Program-made: the position numbers and the translations under genes
The notes under the pieces: model-generated
What the model was told of the DNA's origin: nothing
The model's input: only the letters and a program-made list of their open reading frames with translations
Database searches by the model: none
Source of the DNA: the human T2T-CHM13v2.0 reference genome, Homo sapiens
DNA: 64,000 nucleotides
NCBI RefSeq assembly: GCF_009914755.1
Contig: NC_060926.1
Reading direction: 5' to 3' (one strand)
In this document: piece after piece, positions 33,265-45,042 of the stretch
Position numbering within the stretch: position 1 is the stretch's first letter
How the letters are laid out: each line of letters starts with the position of its first letter

Positions 33265-33830
33265 TGTCTGTATAATATTTATTCTTTCCCTTATTCTTAC
33301 AATAGAATCCTGAATTTTCTATGGGACCCAATATATCCAGCTGAGAGACATTTCCCAGTCTCCCTTGTAGCCAGGATGGGTCATGGGACACATTTTTGGC
33401 CAACAAAATATAATTGAAAATCTGCTGGGTATTTTTTGGGAATGTTTTGCTTTCTCTAAATTGGTACATCACCTTCCTGATTGTCAATTCTCCTTGCCTA
33501 CATTTCTTCTTCTTGTTTTTGTCTTTAGCTTCTTTTCCTGTTTCTCTTTCTTCTCCTTCTCCTTTTCCTTTTGTGTCTTACCTGGAAAGTAGGTAAGAGC
33601 TGAAGATGGAGCAGCCACACTTCAATCTGGAGTTACCATGGGAGGAAAGCCATTTGTTAGTGATGGCAGAACAGAAAGAAAAAGACCACGAGCTATCCCT
33701 GACATGTTTACCTTTGATATTCTTTCCTCTGGACTTCTGATTTTGTGAAACTTATAACCCTTTTATTAGTTTAGTCTCTGTGGTTGGGTTTATATTACAC
33801 GCAGTCAAACATAACACCTAACTGATATGT
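33265..33830 (+). mobile_element. ERVL LTR (LTR33/LTR16C-like)
   Basis: CATTTCCCAGTCTCCCTTGTAGCCAGG..TCATGGGAC..TTTGGCCAA; ends CCTAACTGATA. Confidence 0.65.
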
Positions 33831-34139
33831 TTAACTTAATTTCTACACTTGAATGACTCCTCACTCACTTCCTTAGCTTCCTTTTTCAATGACATCCTTT
33901 CGTTTGCCTCTTGAACTTCCGGACAGACTTATCTTTTCTGTTTTTGACCCTTGGCGCTCTTTTGGGCTTGACTCACATTCACTGTCTTATGCTTTCCCTT
34001 CCATTTACCTCCGCTATGTGCCAGTTTTCTTAGTGGACCACCTCCTTTCCTTTGTATGAGTGCACCCTTTTCTGAAGGCTGATGCCTCACTGTGTGTGTC
34101 CCGAGATGTTCTCAAGGTTTTGACTTTGGTTTCATGAAA

Positions 34140-34193
34140 ACACACACACACACGCACACATACACACACACGCATGTACGCATACATGCACAC
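34140..34193 (+). repeat. Interrupted (CA)n microsatellite
   Basis: Alternating purine-pyrimidine tract about 1.3 kb downstream of GCG. Confidence 0.9.
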
Positions 34194-35087
34194 AGAGGTA
34201 TATATTCAGTTTCCAAATCAAATTTTAGTTATAAATGGGACATTTTAGATCACCTGTGGATAATTGGTGTAGGGGTGGTAAAGACAACACTTTGCATAAA
34301 AGAAAACATGGTGAACATCTGAAAGTTGCCTTGAGCTCCTTTAGTGAAAACTATGAAAAATGCTACACTTTGATCTTACCAGTTGAATACTTTAACAATC
34401 AACATAGCCATCTTCTACCTAAAAAATAAGAAAATGAACAAACAAAAACCCTATGTGTGAATATGCTTTTGTGGCCTGTGAGCTGCCCTCACCGAGACGT
34501 TTTGGAGGAAGATATGATGGTTTTGGTTCTGGAGAAGCTGACAGACATAATTTTGACACATACAGTGGTACCTTCTGCCCCGAGCTGCTCCGTGACAATC
34601 ATTTTAGGATGAATACTTCAGGACGCTATTTTTACTGAAACCTCGTTGTAAGGCAAAAAAACAGTTATAATCAAAGACTTAAGAAATGATGGTGACTGGA
34701 CAATTTTAACTTTATATTTTCACATGACGAACTTAGTTACAGAGAGCTTATATGACATGCTCAGGATCCTACAGCTAGCAGTAACCTTAATTAGACAATT
34801 CTGGTCTTAAGATTTCTATCCATTTCAGGAAATGCTTATCAGTATGTAAACGAGTAAGAGTGATCATTACAGGTATTAGTTCAAATTTACTACCGCTGAT
34901 CAAAGTATATAAGTAATCTGTAAACGTTAGAATCTTATTGGTGGGTAAGTCTACCCTATGGGAGCACTATAGAGATAGAGAAAGAGAGTTGGCAATGCTA
35001 AATCCAGCAAAGAAAAGTCTCAGGCTTGGCAATCACTATCAGACTGTCCCAAGGTATTGGCCATTGCAGGACAAGGAGAACGGCTAC

Positions 35088-35460
35088 AAGGCATGATGGG
35101 CAAACTCAAATGCCTGCAGGTGCAGTATGCAAGTAAAGTGGGCCAGAAGTAAATTCCTTGATGTCCCCATTATGTAGGTGGGGTGTGTGAGCACGCCTGG
35201 GCATGTGCTGGGGCCCTACACAAGCTGGGGAGCACCTGATCCTTTGGTAAGAGGCAGCTGTTACTTAGCTACAGAATAAACTTGCCTTTTGGGTCTAATA
35301 TTGCCTCATGACCTACTTTTTCAGGAGACACTACAAATCAATAGTTTTCTATGAAAGACCCTGATTTTTCATTGTTGGTTCAAAATGTTAAAAGTTCTGT
35401 GCAGCCATCTGAAGCATGAAGTCATGCCTATACACCAAATTTGACTTGTGGACTGCAGCT
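35088..35460 (+). mobile_element. MER102-like hAT-Charlie fossil
   Basis: GGCAAACTCAAATGCCTGCAGG...GGCAGCTGTTACTTAGCT...CCTGATTTTT. Confidence 0.55.
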
Positions 35461-35546
35461 TAGAAAACAGGGGTGCTTGGAAGGAGTGGGGCATGACAAA
35501 GGGGGACGTAAAGAGAAATCAGACAATGGTAAAGAAGCTTGAAAAT

Positions 35547-35552
35547 TTTATT
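35547..35552 (-). terminator. GCG: GCG distal polyadenylation signal AATAAA
   Basis: Minus strand ATTAAATAAAATTTTCAAGCTTC, followed by U-rich sequence TGTCTGATTTCTCTTT. Confidence 0.85.
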
Positions 35553-36015
35553 TAATTGTATCTTTGATACATTGAAAGCTGAGTATTTTTAAGACAAAGG
35601 TTTCAGGAAGAAAGTTCTCTTTCCAATTTCACCACTGTGGCTACCAGTTCTTCTATTCTCCTATTATTATAATGCAGATATGTCAGATCGGAATAATTTA
35701 CATTTACAAATTATATCATAGAAAAATAATTTTATCGCTAAATGTAAACAGGTTGGGGTACTTCATCCAAAATAAGAAGAAAATAACAGAATCTAGCACT
35801 TTCATATTTTAAAGCTGATATTTTAGCAATATTTTGATAAAACTTTATTCCATTTGTAATTTTTGGCTACACAACACTAAAAGAAAATTTATTTATTGGC
35901 ATGCAAAGCAATGTGGCCTCAGAATACACCTCTTAAATTTACAGGACTTAACATTTCAAACATCCCACGTGGCTAGCAGGTGATGTTGTGAAGATGATCT
36001 TGAATAGTGATATAG

Positions 36016-36022
36016 TTATTTC
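36016..36022 (-). CDS. GCG: GCG exon 6 coding part (G AAA TAA), followed by 3'UTR to about 35521
   Basis: Polypyrimidine tract and TCTCTAG acceptor at 36023; completes ...R-K-stop. Confidence 0.97.
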
Positions 36023-36678
36023 CTAGAGATTAAAAAAAGAAAATGATTTAACATAATTATAATAAGATGATATCATTAACTTATCCAGAAAATATTTCAA
36101 TGATTTATTTTGATAAAAGTTGTTTATTAATCCCTTTGTCCATAAATCCCTCCATCCTTTGGACTCTTAAAATATTTTCATTTAAAGATTATTTATCCTA
36201 AAGTCTGCTCATCAATGCTATCAAACAATTATGAATAATTATTAAAAAATCAAAATTCATCAAGATAAGTATTTTTCGGTGTCCAGTTCTCACTACTCTT
36301 CTTATTAAATTAAGTATGTAATATTGTATATGCTGCATTTCACCTTTGTGCTGAAATTTCAACATAGCAATTTTTAATGTGACAATATGTGAATGATGTA
36401 ACATTTCCCATGTTTCATTTCTATCTGTGTTTCTAGCTTCTTGACTCTAATAGACACTCAGTAAATGTTTCTGGAATAAATGAATAAATAGATACAAACT
36501 GTAATGATACAAAACAAACATAATGATGTACTCTTATATGACTTAAACATGCATAATTATTTCCTATATAATAAGAGATTATAGACTTTCCCCCTACATG
36601 GGGAACAGCTTGCAGCAGTATGACAATCAGTACTTATGAGAATTTGATGGTTTTCAGAATTAACTAAAAAGCAGTCAC

Positions 36679-36822
36679 CTGTCAGTGATTTTGGTCTGAA
36701 TCAACCAGTTTATAAAGTCCCTGGCGGCAAGATTATCAAGAATGGTGTTCATCTCATCAGAGAAAGAACCATCAGCATGTCTGCGGCCAAGTTCTTCAAC
36801 AATGGCGACCTCTTCTGGGAAA
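36679..36822 (-). CDS. GCG: GCG exon 5: IP-2 and GLP-2 (GLP-2 36681-36779)
   Basis: FPEEVAIVEELGRR-HADGSFSDEMNTILDNLAARDFINWLIQTKITD; TTCTTAG acceptor, GTGAC donor. Confidence 0.99.
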
Positions 36823-38191
36823 CTAAGAAAATAAGTGTTAAAATTAGCGTTTGATTAGATATTTTCAATAAATGATCACAGATTGTCTACCACTGGTAAC
36901 ATGCACAAGTGTCTTGAGGAAACAGTAAAGGATTCTGTTTTTAAAGGGTGTACTGTGAAATACCTGATAAAAACCCATGTGGACCAGTGACTACTGGAAA
37001 GAGAAAGTAGCAGAGCTGGGATCTAATACCAAGCCTGCATAATTTCATGCCCTTTTCAATCTTCTAGGCTGTTTTGAAGATTTTAGTATATTGACAATAC
37101 AGAAACTATTGTTGAGATTATTAGTCTGTAATTCAACTAAATATATCATATCCTATAAAACCAGAGCTTGCAGGAACAGCCTTGCAAAATGCAGTATTAA
37201 GAGGTTAAAGCTTCATCTATATTAGATTTTTCTCTTTCACTGGTTTACTATTGCAGAATTTTTGGTATCCCTTTAAAACACTGCAAAATATCGTCAAGAG
37301 TGAGAAACTATTTTACCATTGGTTTTATAAGTTTAATTATTAATGTTTTAAAAACCAACCATTATTCTAGTTCTCTTTCATCTTGAGATCTCTTTAAATT
37401 TCAGTAAGCTTGTTTTAAATCTAATTTAAAAATCAGAGTTGAACATAAATTCTCCGTCTCTCATATTTCATCTCTCCAAAAAAAATCGGAAGAAAATGAG
37501 ATGGTTCAGGGGTCTGTTTGGCTGTGTTAAGATCTAAGCAAGTAATTGATGGTCTTGGTTGTTTTTCAACTTAGATTATTTAGTAGATATCTATATGACA
37601 GCCCCATACAAAATTGGATATGTAGTTAAATATATGGATGTTTTTACCTATTTGTACTTTGAATATCATTTTATCAACATCTTAGGTTTGGTCACTTTCA
37701 GTCTTCATCACATTTTTATCTGAATATTTATTAATATATAAATATATGTTGATCACATATGTAAATGTTTAAAGTTAAGCTTTAAATATTATATGTTTTC
37801 TTTACATATTTGAAGTTTTCAGCACTGTTTCTTCTTTTTCCTTATCTCTAGCTCCCCTAGAACAGTCCTAGTTTAAATTTGTCTCAGCGTAGTTATTAAA
37901 AACATCCTATTTACTCTCAGAGGTGGCCTGGTTTGGCCAAAGATTTAATACCTAATTATAATGCAACTATAAGGGGATACAAATGTAACCTGTTTGGCTC
38001 TATTATTAATACTTAGTACCAAAAACAAAATGGGTTTAACTTTTATATACTGTTTTTCATCAATAGGAATTATTTCCTTACTTTGCAAGACTACTAATTG
38101 CTTCTGTAATCCAGATCCATATATAGATAACTGTAGTCTTAAATTTTCTGCATCAAGGCAAAAAATGTCAAATAAGAATGTACAGACTTAC

Positions 38192-38329
38192 TCTCGCCTT
38201 CCTCGGCCTTTCACCAGCCAAGCAATGAATTCCTTGGCAGCTTGGCCTTCCAAATAAGAACTTACATCACTGGTAAAGGTCCCTTCAGCATGTCTCTCAA
38301 ATTCATCGTGACGTTTGGCAATGTTATTC
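38192..38329 (-). CDS. GCG: GCG exon 4: IP-1 and GLP-1 (GLP-1(7-37) 38200-38292)
   Basis: [45 protein letters not shown]; TTTCAG acceptor, GTAAG donor; contained in ORF 38188..38403. Confidence 0.99.
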
Positions 38330-39188
38330 CTGAAAGAAATGTGAAAGTTAAATTGAAGATCTGTCTCTTTGGCAATATGGTTCTCACCTATAAGCAGTGG
38401 CAACTTTGGGTTCAGGATTCTATGTAGAAGGGGCTTAGGGAGTTTAGGAGATGAGGGTTGCTAGGGGATTTGTCGTGAAGCTACATTAATGTTCTGGATT
38501 GAAACTGGTGGAAGAGAGCTAATAACAATCGGTGGGCTAAAGCTCCCCCTCCCTTCCCAGCATACCCATCTGCAATCCCCTGCTTATGTATGTCATTGGT
38601 TATTAAAGCTGCCTTACCTTTGACTTCAGTCTCAATGGATACAGGCTATCCACTGCACTATGTGACTTGCAAGCAAGGCAGCTGTTTGTTATTAGTAAGT
38701 ATGGGGTCAGAGTTAGTTAATTGATTTGAGGGAAAGCAAAGGACCATCTTGAATTGTTACCAAAAGGACCACTTGATAATGGATTAAAGAAAATGTGTGA
38801 TCTGCTAGTAACAAGGAAAGCAAAGAAGATGACCCCATATCAACATCAAGTGTGTGCAGAGCACCGTGGAGGTGAGCCATCAGCTGCTGTCAGTCTCCCT
38901 GGCACATATTACCCCATATCACCTCATTTTAAACACATAGGCAACACTGCTTGAGTGTGAGGATTGCTTTACATCCATTTACCAAGTTGTGGCATTCCCA
39001 TTCTAGAAAATGAGGACAGTTGTTTGCATTTTTATAAATTTGTGATTTCTCACCTTTCACTGTAGTCCTTAAGAGGGACCTCTCCCAGTGTCTGCTCTGA
39101 CCATGATAGCCATCTTCCTGTGGCTGTACCCTCTACTTTAAGAACCTTTGATTAGCAACTCTGTTTCTCCTATTCCTCCTGCTTGCTT

Positions 39189-39191
<3 letters not shown>

Positions 39192-39221
<30 letters not shown>
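39192..39221 (+). repeat. (CT)n microsatellite in GCG intron 3
   Basis: About 15 perfect units within a longer pyrimidine tract. Confidence 0.95.
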
Positions 39222-39224
<3 letters not shown>

Positions 39225-40000
39225 TTCTTACTCTCACTCTCTCTCTTCTCCAGTCTATCCAGACAAATCTATGTCCTTTTCCTGATTTTTTGATTTCTTC
39301 AGCTACTTTCTATGCATAACTCCCTTCCTCTTGTGGGCCACCCTCCAAAAAAATTGTGAAATTCCACCATCTCTGTGAAACCCTTGCGGATAATTTCCTC
39401 CAGTAGCCTAGATGCAGCAAAAAACCCAACACTCGTCAAAGAAAATCCAACATTAAAATGTATGCCTTACGATAGGCTTGTGTTCTTATTTGCTGCCTTC
39501 TCTCTCTATGCTGTGCAGCTAGGCTGTAATTTTAAATGCATGTCTTGGATTTTATTCTACAAGAAAAGGAATGCATCTGTTTCCATTCCTTACCCTTGGC
39601 TGGGGGATAATTTTAATGTTGGGTTTGAACCCCACGAAAGAATGTTATATTTGCTCTATCTTTTGGTAGAAATTAGATTGGTAACCTCGTAGGTCCACAA
39701 AAGTAAACTTTCACTTTAAGGGAAAATGAGTAAGCAAGTAAATATTGCTAGGACTACCACTGGGAAAATAATTTAAAGGCTATGTCACACTGGAGGTTGG
39801 GTAAGTGGTTTAGAGGGGTGCGGGTTAAGACATTCGGGGGCATAATACTAAGGAGAGCATCCCCAACCCTAAACATCTTCAAAATGATCAGGGCTTATGG
39901 GCACTATTTGACGAGCATAAGAACTTAATAATGTCAAGAGAAATTTTAGACCTATTTAATACATTTATAAGCAAGTTTTGAGCCAGGCTTAGACTCTTAC

Positions 40001-40162
40001 CTGTTCCTCTTGGTATTCATCAACCACTGCACAAAATCTTGGGCACGCCTGGAGTCCAGATACTTGCTGTAGTCACTGGTGAATGTGCCCTGTGAATGGC
40101 GCTTGTCCTCGTTCATCTGATCAGGATCACTGAGTGGGTCTGCCTGGGAAGCTGAGAATGAT
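40001..40162 (-). CDS. GCG: GCG exon 3: GRPP and glucagon (mature glucagon 40012-40098)
   Basis: [53 protein letters not shown]; TTCACAG acceptor, GTAAG donor. Confidence 0.99.
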
Positions 40163-41734
40163 CTGTGAAGAACAGTGATTGGTACAACATAAATCTCTCC
40201 TCAAGAGTAGACTCACTTGAGAAGCATCTTCACTACAAAATACAAGACCATATAAAACAGTAAGGCAGGCATCTAGAGTATTTCAATAGGTAGTTTAGAA
40301 AGATCTTCCTTAGCTTGTCATGAGAATCCCTTCGTTTTAGTATAGTTGCATACGCTATTATTCTGAATTCTAGAAACATGTTTCTCAACTGACTTCTTTT
40401 TTTCTGAAATAGGATTAAACAAATCTTTTTCTACTAATTAATCTACTCATGATTATGCTAATAGTGACAGAAGAGAGTAGTGACTTGAATATTTTAAAAG
40501 AGTGAAGAATCCCAAATCATTTCTTTGGGCAGCAGATTTAAGCTCCCAATTTTGTTTTGCATATATTAATATGAAAACAGCACAATTATCTAGTTATATG
40601 GTGGCTAGCAGTGGAAGGAAGACAACTAGAAGTTCAAAGAAAGGCAAGAAAAAGGATACTTGCTAATTTGAAACTGTATCAGGAATAATCCCTATGCCAC
40701 TAATCAACAGTTGGTTGGCATGGTAAATACATGGGAAAATAGTCAATGTAATTAATACTCAGAAATGAGATACTATTTTTACCTATGAAATTAGCAAAGC
40801 TTGAATGCTGAGGAGGATATTATGAGGAGTATTTCTATACTGCTGATGAGAGTGTGCATGTGTATGAACTTTCTGGAAAGCAAGTTGGCAAGATATTAAA
40901 AAAGGTTTAAACTCATTCAGGCCCTTTGACACAGTATTTCTACAACTAGAAACCTATGTGCAAAAAAATAGTAAGAAATGTAGGAAAGTGTGTATATAAA
41001 ATGTTGTTTGCAACATTCTTTGTGGAATAAATTTTAAGACCTCTTAAGCTTCCCAAATAAGTAGCTAAACAAATATTGTACATTTATGAGATGAAACAGT
41101 ATGCTGCCATTAAATATCATGTTTAACAAATATTTTTAATAATATAATAAAAGTGTATAATAATACAATGTTAAGATATTAAGCATGATACAAAGCCATA
41201 TAATGAGCCAAGAGATATTTATGTACAGTTTACGTAAAACACAGGAAAGTAATACACCAAATTTGTTTACTTTGAATAGCTTTCTTTGGACAGAGGAATT
41301 TTGAGTACTTAATATTTTTTGCATATTTTTCATACTTTCCATCATGAACATGTATGGCTTTTACATTTAGGAAGAAATAATGCTATTTTTTAAAGGAGGA
41401 AAAAAGAGAAAAGAGTTGGTGCGAATAATTGAAGTAATCTATTATGCAGTGTGTGAGTAATGAATTGATAGATAGGATCATCTGTAGATTTCAAGGAGCT
41501 ATAATTTCCCCTGTAACATGTTTTTCAACATTTCTCTCCCCTTTTATTATAAAAAACACAAACTCTGATCTACACTCCAACAAAGTCTGCTTTTATCACA
41601 AGGATACTTTAAACATTTGATCATTGTGCAGAATATTTATTCTAAATTACTGAGACCTTATTCACTAATCATAGTTTTCACAGGCTTTATTCCAACCATA
41701 TTGATATGTTAGTTCGAGACTACGGATTTAATAC

Positions 41735-41826
41735 CTGGATTTCTCCTCTGTGTCTTGAAGGGAACGTTGCCAGCTGCCTTGTACCAGCATTACAAATAAT
41801 CCAGCCACAAAGTAAATGCTTTTCAT
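41735..41826 (-). CDS. GCG: GCG exon 2 coding part: signal peptide and start of GRPP (exon spans 41735-41835)
   Basis: ATG at 41826; MKSIYFVAGLFVMLVQGSWQRSLQDTEEKS; acceptor TGACAG at 41836, donor AG|GTATT at 41734. Confidence 0.99.
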
Positions 41827-44805
41827 TTCTGCTGTCTGTCAGAACACAGAATGGGGGTAGGGTGAGGGGGGCAGGCAAGGATTTTTAAACATGTCAGGCT
41901 AAATTAATTAGATTTGACTAGATAAATATCATAAGTAGAAGGAAAAAGCTAGTGTTATCACTTTTATTCTGATTATATTTTCAGCTTAATTTTAAATAGT
42001 GGGTTATATTATTTCCCCAGATTTTTTGGAGGCAAAAAAGGACACAAAAGATGTGTTCCACCATTAAGCTTTTTCATTAATGTAGGGACACTTCTGTTTA
42101 ATAATTAGAAGGCTCATTTCCAGACTGGAAATTAAAATGTCCACAATCAACATTTAAAATACCCACTGTAGATGATATGCTACATATGGTTAGCCTGAAT
42201 GGCACCTTATCCATCATGCCACCCCCCTCACTATCAGTCTGGCTTTCAATTAATAGTCCTTCACTTCCAAGCATTTACATTATACTGCATTTCAACCATC
42301 TTAAAGCAGCCTCAGGCTACAACTTGGCATACCAGCTGTCGGTTCAGATGTATTATTCATTTATATTTTAAATAGTGTAACTTGGTCTAGACTTTGTAAT
42401 TATAAAGCGGCCAACAGATTTGAGGTATTTTAGGGTGCTTTGACCTGTTCTAAATTAAAGGGAAAAAATCATTTTAAAGACAAGCAATTTGCAACAAGAA
42501 CTAATGCTTCTGGCAACGTGAACAATCACAACTAAAAAACTAAGAGATTACTATGTAAAAAAAAATTAGAGCTTGCTTCTAAAGTCATAAAAGTCCCCAG
42601 GTTGTTTTCTAATTGGACTTAGATGAGGACATGTCATTCACTGCTGGTGACACCATAGACTTGGTTATAGGATACACCTGATTGCTTGTCCCTGTGTCAC
42701 AAGCAGATGCCCTGCGAAGCCATAGTATGTTAAGGATGTGATGATGCAGTGTCGACGGGGACTGGGACCAACATGAATGTGGGACAGAATGTCCCCACAG
42801 AGCAAGCGCTTCTATTTTCTGAATGGGAACGTCAAGTCCGTCTTTGTCATGGATCTCGGCTACTTTGAAACCCAATGGTGTTTCCTTTGAGAAGCGGGCA
42901 TTTCAATCCAAGTTTGACTATGCTTATCCACAAATAATTTGAATGAATATTTTTAGCAAATGACATTTGGTTTGGAATAAGGATTTCACAAATATTATCA
43001 TTTTTAAACTATCAATCTTTTCCTTAATATATTAGCTGTATTTACTATCTCTGGCACTAAAACATAGACACTGTAATACCTGCAGCAGTAACTTTTTTCT
43101 TTGAAATATTAAGTTTTTTGTACATTGAATGGATGATTAGACAAAGGAACATAATAGGAATGATATATTCACCTTTCTTCATTCATCAACATCAAATTAC
43201 CAATTTGACATTTTGCTATGCTTCAGTTTAACCGGTTGGCAGACTTTGGAAACCTTGCCATATATTTAGGTAGTATCTACTGATTATAACTCTCAATTGT
43301 TATATCCGTGCTTGCAGGAATATTTAAATATTAAAGTAAGCACTTCTTTTAAAAATTATACCACTGTTGAAAAGTTTCTTGTAAAAGCTTTTAGTCTTTC
43401 ACAAGACTGAAAAAAAAATTCATTCCACCCAAAGTCCTAAGCGTTTTGCAATATCTCCTATTATGTTCCATTGAGGAGGATTTAGAGCAGGAGGTATCCT
43501 GCCACTTCAGGAGCTGATGGAAGAAAGAACAACCATAAACCACATAAAGAAGTGAGCGTTCCGTATCTAATAATATTACCAACAATAAATGACTTCTTCT
43601 GAAGAAAGAACTGGCTTTAAAAATCTCACTTATTTGTTTGTGAAAGTCTATCGAATTGTGAAAAAAAAAAGAATAGAGTTAATTGTTTGAATACAATTGC
43701 TGAGAAAGTAGAGATTTATGTTATTTTAGTATTAAAATCTTATTCAATAAGAAAATAATTTCCAGTTAATTTCCCCCCTCTTTAGGTAGTCTAAAGAGAG
43801 CCTGCAGTTTTGTAAGAACTACAAATTTCCACTAAAATTTAAAGGAAAGTATGGTAACAATAATAAGTAGGAAGTCTTACAGAAAGATTAACCTTAGACC
43901 TAAAAAAGAAGACATTATGTTCTATCCCCAAATGTGTTGGCATTGTAGTCCATATAAATCCTTTTTCAAACTGGTTAGCTCATTTTATGTAATAGGTCTT
44001 CAGTATGTATGGAAAAATACACCACTTAATCATTTACTCCATCAAAGATCTTTGTAAATTTGTTTTTTGTCTCTAGGAGCCTAATCTAAAAAGACAAATT
44101 AAAATTTTATTGCAGAGGGTAGCTATTTTAGATTTTATTACTATTTATCCTCAATACATAGTAAATAGTTATTAATGTATGGCTTCACTCAGATGCATCC
44201 AAAGAAAACCCCCCAAATAGATGACACTTGTTCTCTGCACCAAGTACGCTATGTTTTATTTACAAAGAGTTGCTTTAATGGACTTTGATTTTTTGATAGA
44301 TGTCTGAAATTTGAATATTTGAAAGATGTTATTTAATTTGCTCTTTTGGAAAACCAGAGATTTTAATTGGTAAAAAGCAATTTCTGTTATAGGCTCCCTA
44401 ATGGACACATTTCTGCTTACTTTAAAAGACGCCTTCTGTTCAAAGTAGTATACAGATCTATCAAGTCCAAGAAAAATATTTATTCTTCAAAATGTTACCA
44501 ATTATTTTAAAATACAACTCTCATAACAGTTAAGTATTATAACAAGTGCATTGATTTGAATCTTTGTTTTTTTTCTGTTTTATATTTTTGCATATAATTA
44601 TTTTTCCAACTCGCTTTGCGGCTTCGCTATATTAAAGTACACGTAAATGCATTTGATATAACCTTTTCCATCTCAGTTCCTCTCTGTGTACTATTAGTAA
44701 TAAAGTCTAAGATGAAAGAACAACATTTTAATTTATAATATTTTGATCCCTTAAAAATACTTCACTGTCCGCCAAACAGGATTTACAATTTTATAATCAT
44801 CTTAC

Positions 44806-44895
44806 CTTCTGGTAGTGTGCTGTAGAACAGAGCAGGTGAAGAGAGAGCAAGCCCTCTTTGGGAACTTTTGATGTGCTCTGTGTCCTAAGCTCTGT
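44806..44895 (-). other. GCG: GCG exon 1 (non-coding 5'UTR, about 90 nt)
   Basis: Starts about 24 nt downstream of TATATAAAA; ends CCAGAAG|GTAAG (donor at 44805); TSS inferred from TATA spacing and recalled mRNA start ACAGAGCTTAGG. Confidence 0.9.
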
Positions 44896-44918
44896 ACTTC
44901 TGCACCAAGGCGCACTGC

Positions 44919-44927
44919 TTTTATATA
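44919..44927 (-). promoter_or_regulatory. GCG: GCG TATA box
   Basis: TATATAAAA 24-32 nt upstream of the inferred TSS. Confidence 0.93.
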
Positions 44928-44950
44928 CTCTCCAGCTCTGTTTAGCCTCA

Positions 44951-44996
44951 CAGATATTACGCTGACAATATAAATTTCTCATCTGTAAATAATGAG
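44951..44996 (-). promoter_or_regulatory. GCG: GCG G1 alpha-cell promoter element (Pax6/Cdx/Brn4/Maf-binding region)
   Basis: CATTATTTACAGATGAGAAATTTATATTGTCAGCGTAATATCTG matches the recalled rodent G1; contains Maf half-site GTCAGC and AT-rich homeodomain sites. Confidence 0.85.
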
Positions 44997-45005
44997 TTTT
45001 TGTTA

Positions 45006-45042
45006 CAAATGACTTCCCTCTCCCACTCACTTTGCTCATCTG
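45006..45042 (-). promoter_or_regulatory. GCG: G4-region E-boxes
   Basis: CATTTG (45006-45011) and CAGATG (45037-45042) just upstream of G1. Confidence 0.55.

Larger units (their letters stand above)
35521..44895 (-). other. GCG: Proglucagon gene, whole transcription unit (6 exons, 5 GT-AG introns)
   Basis: Spliced CDS 92+162+138+144+7 = 543 nt gives the 180-aa human preproglucagon MKSIYFVAGL...ITDRK*; all splice sites canonical; outer ends approximate. Confidence 0.99.

Noticed and set aside
38188-38403. 71-aa ORF as a standalone GLP-1 gene
   Set aside because: It is GCG exon 4 plus intron read-through; the listed start is a TTG within intron 3
41853-41880. G-quadruplex near the exon 2 acceptor
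   Set aside because: Only three clean runs of G3 or longer, and the tract is explained as the C-rich polypyrimidine tract of intron 1
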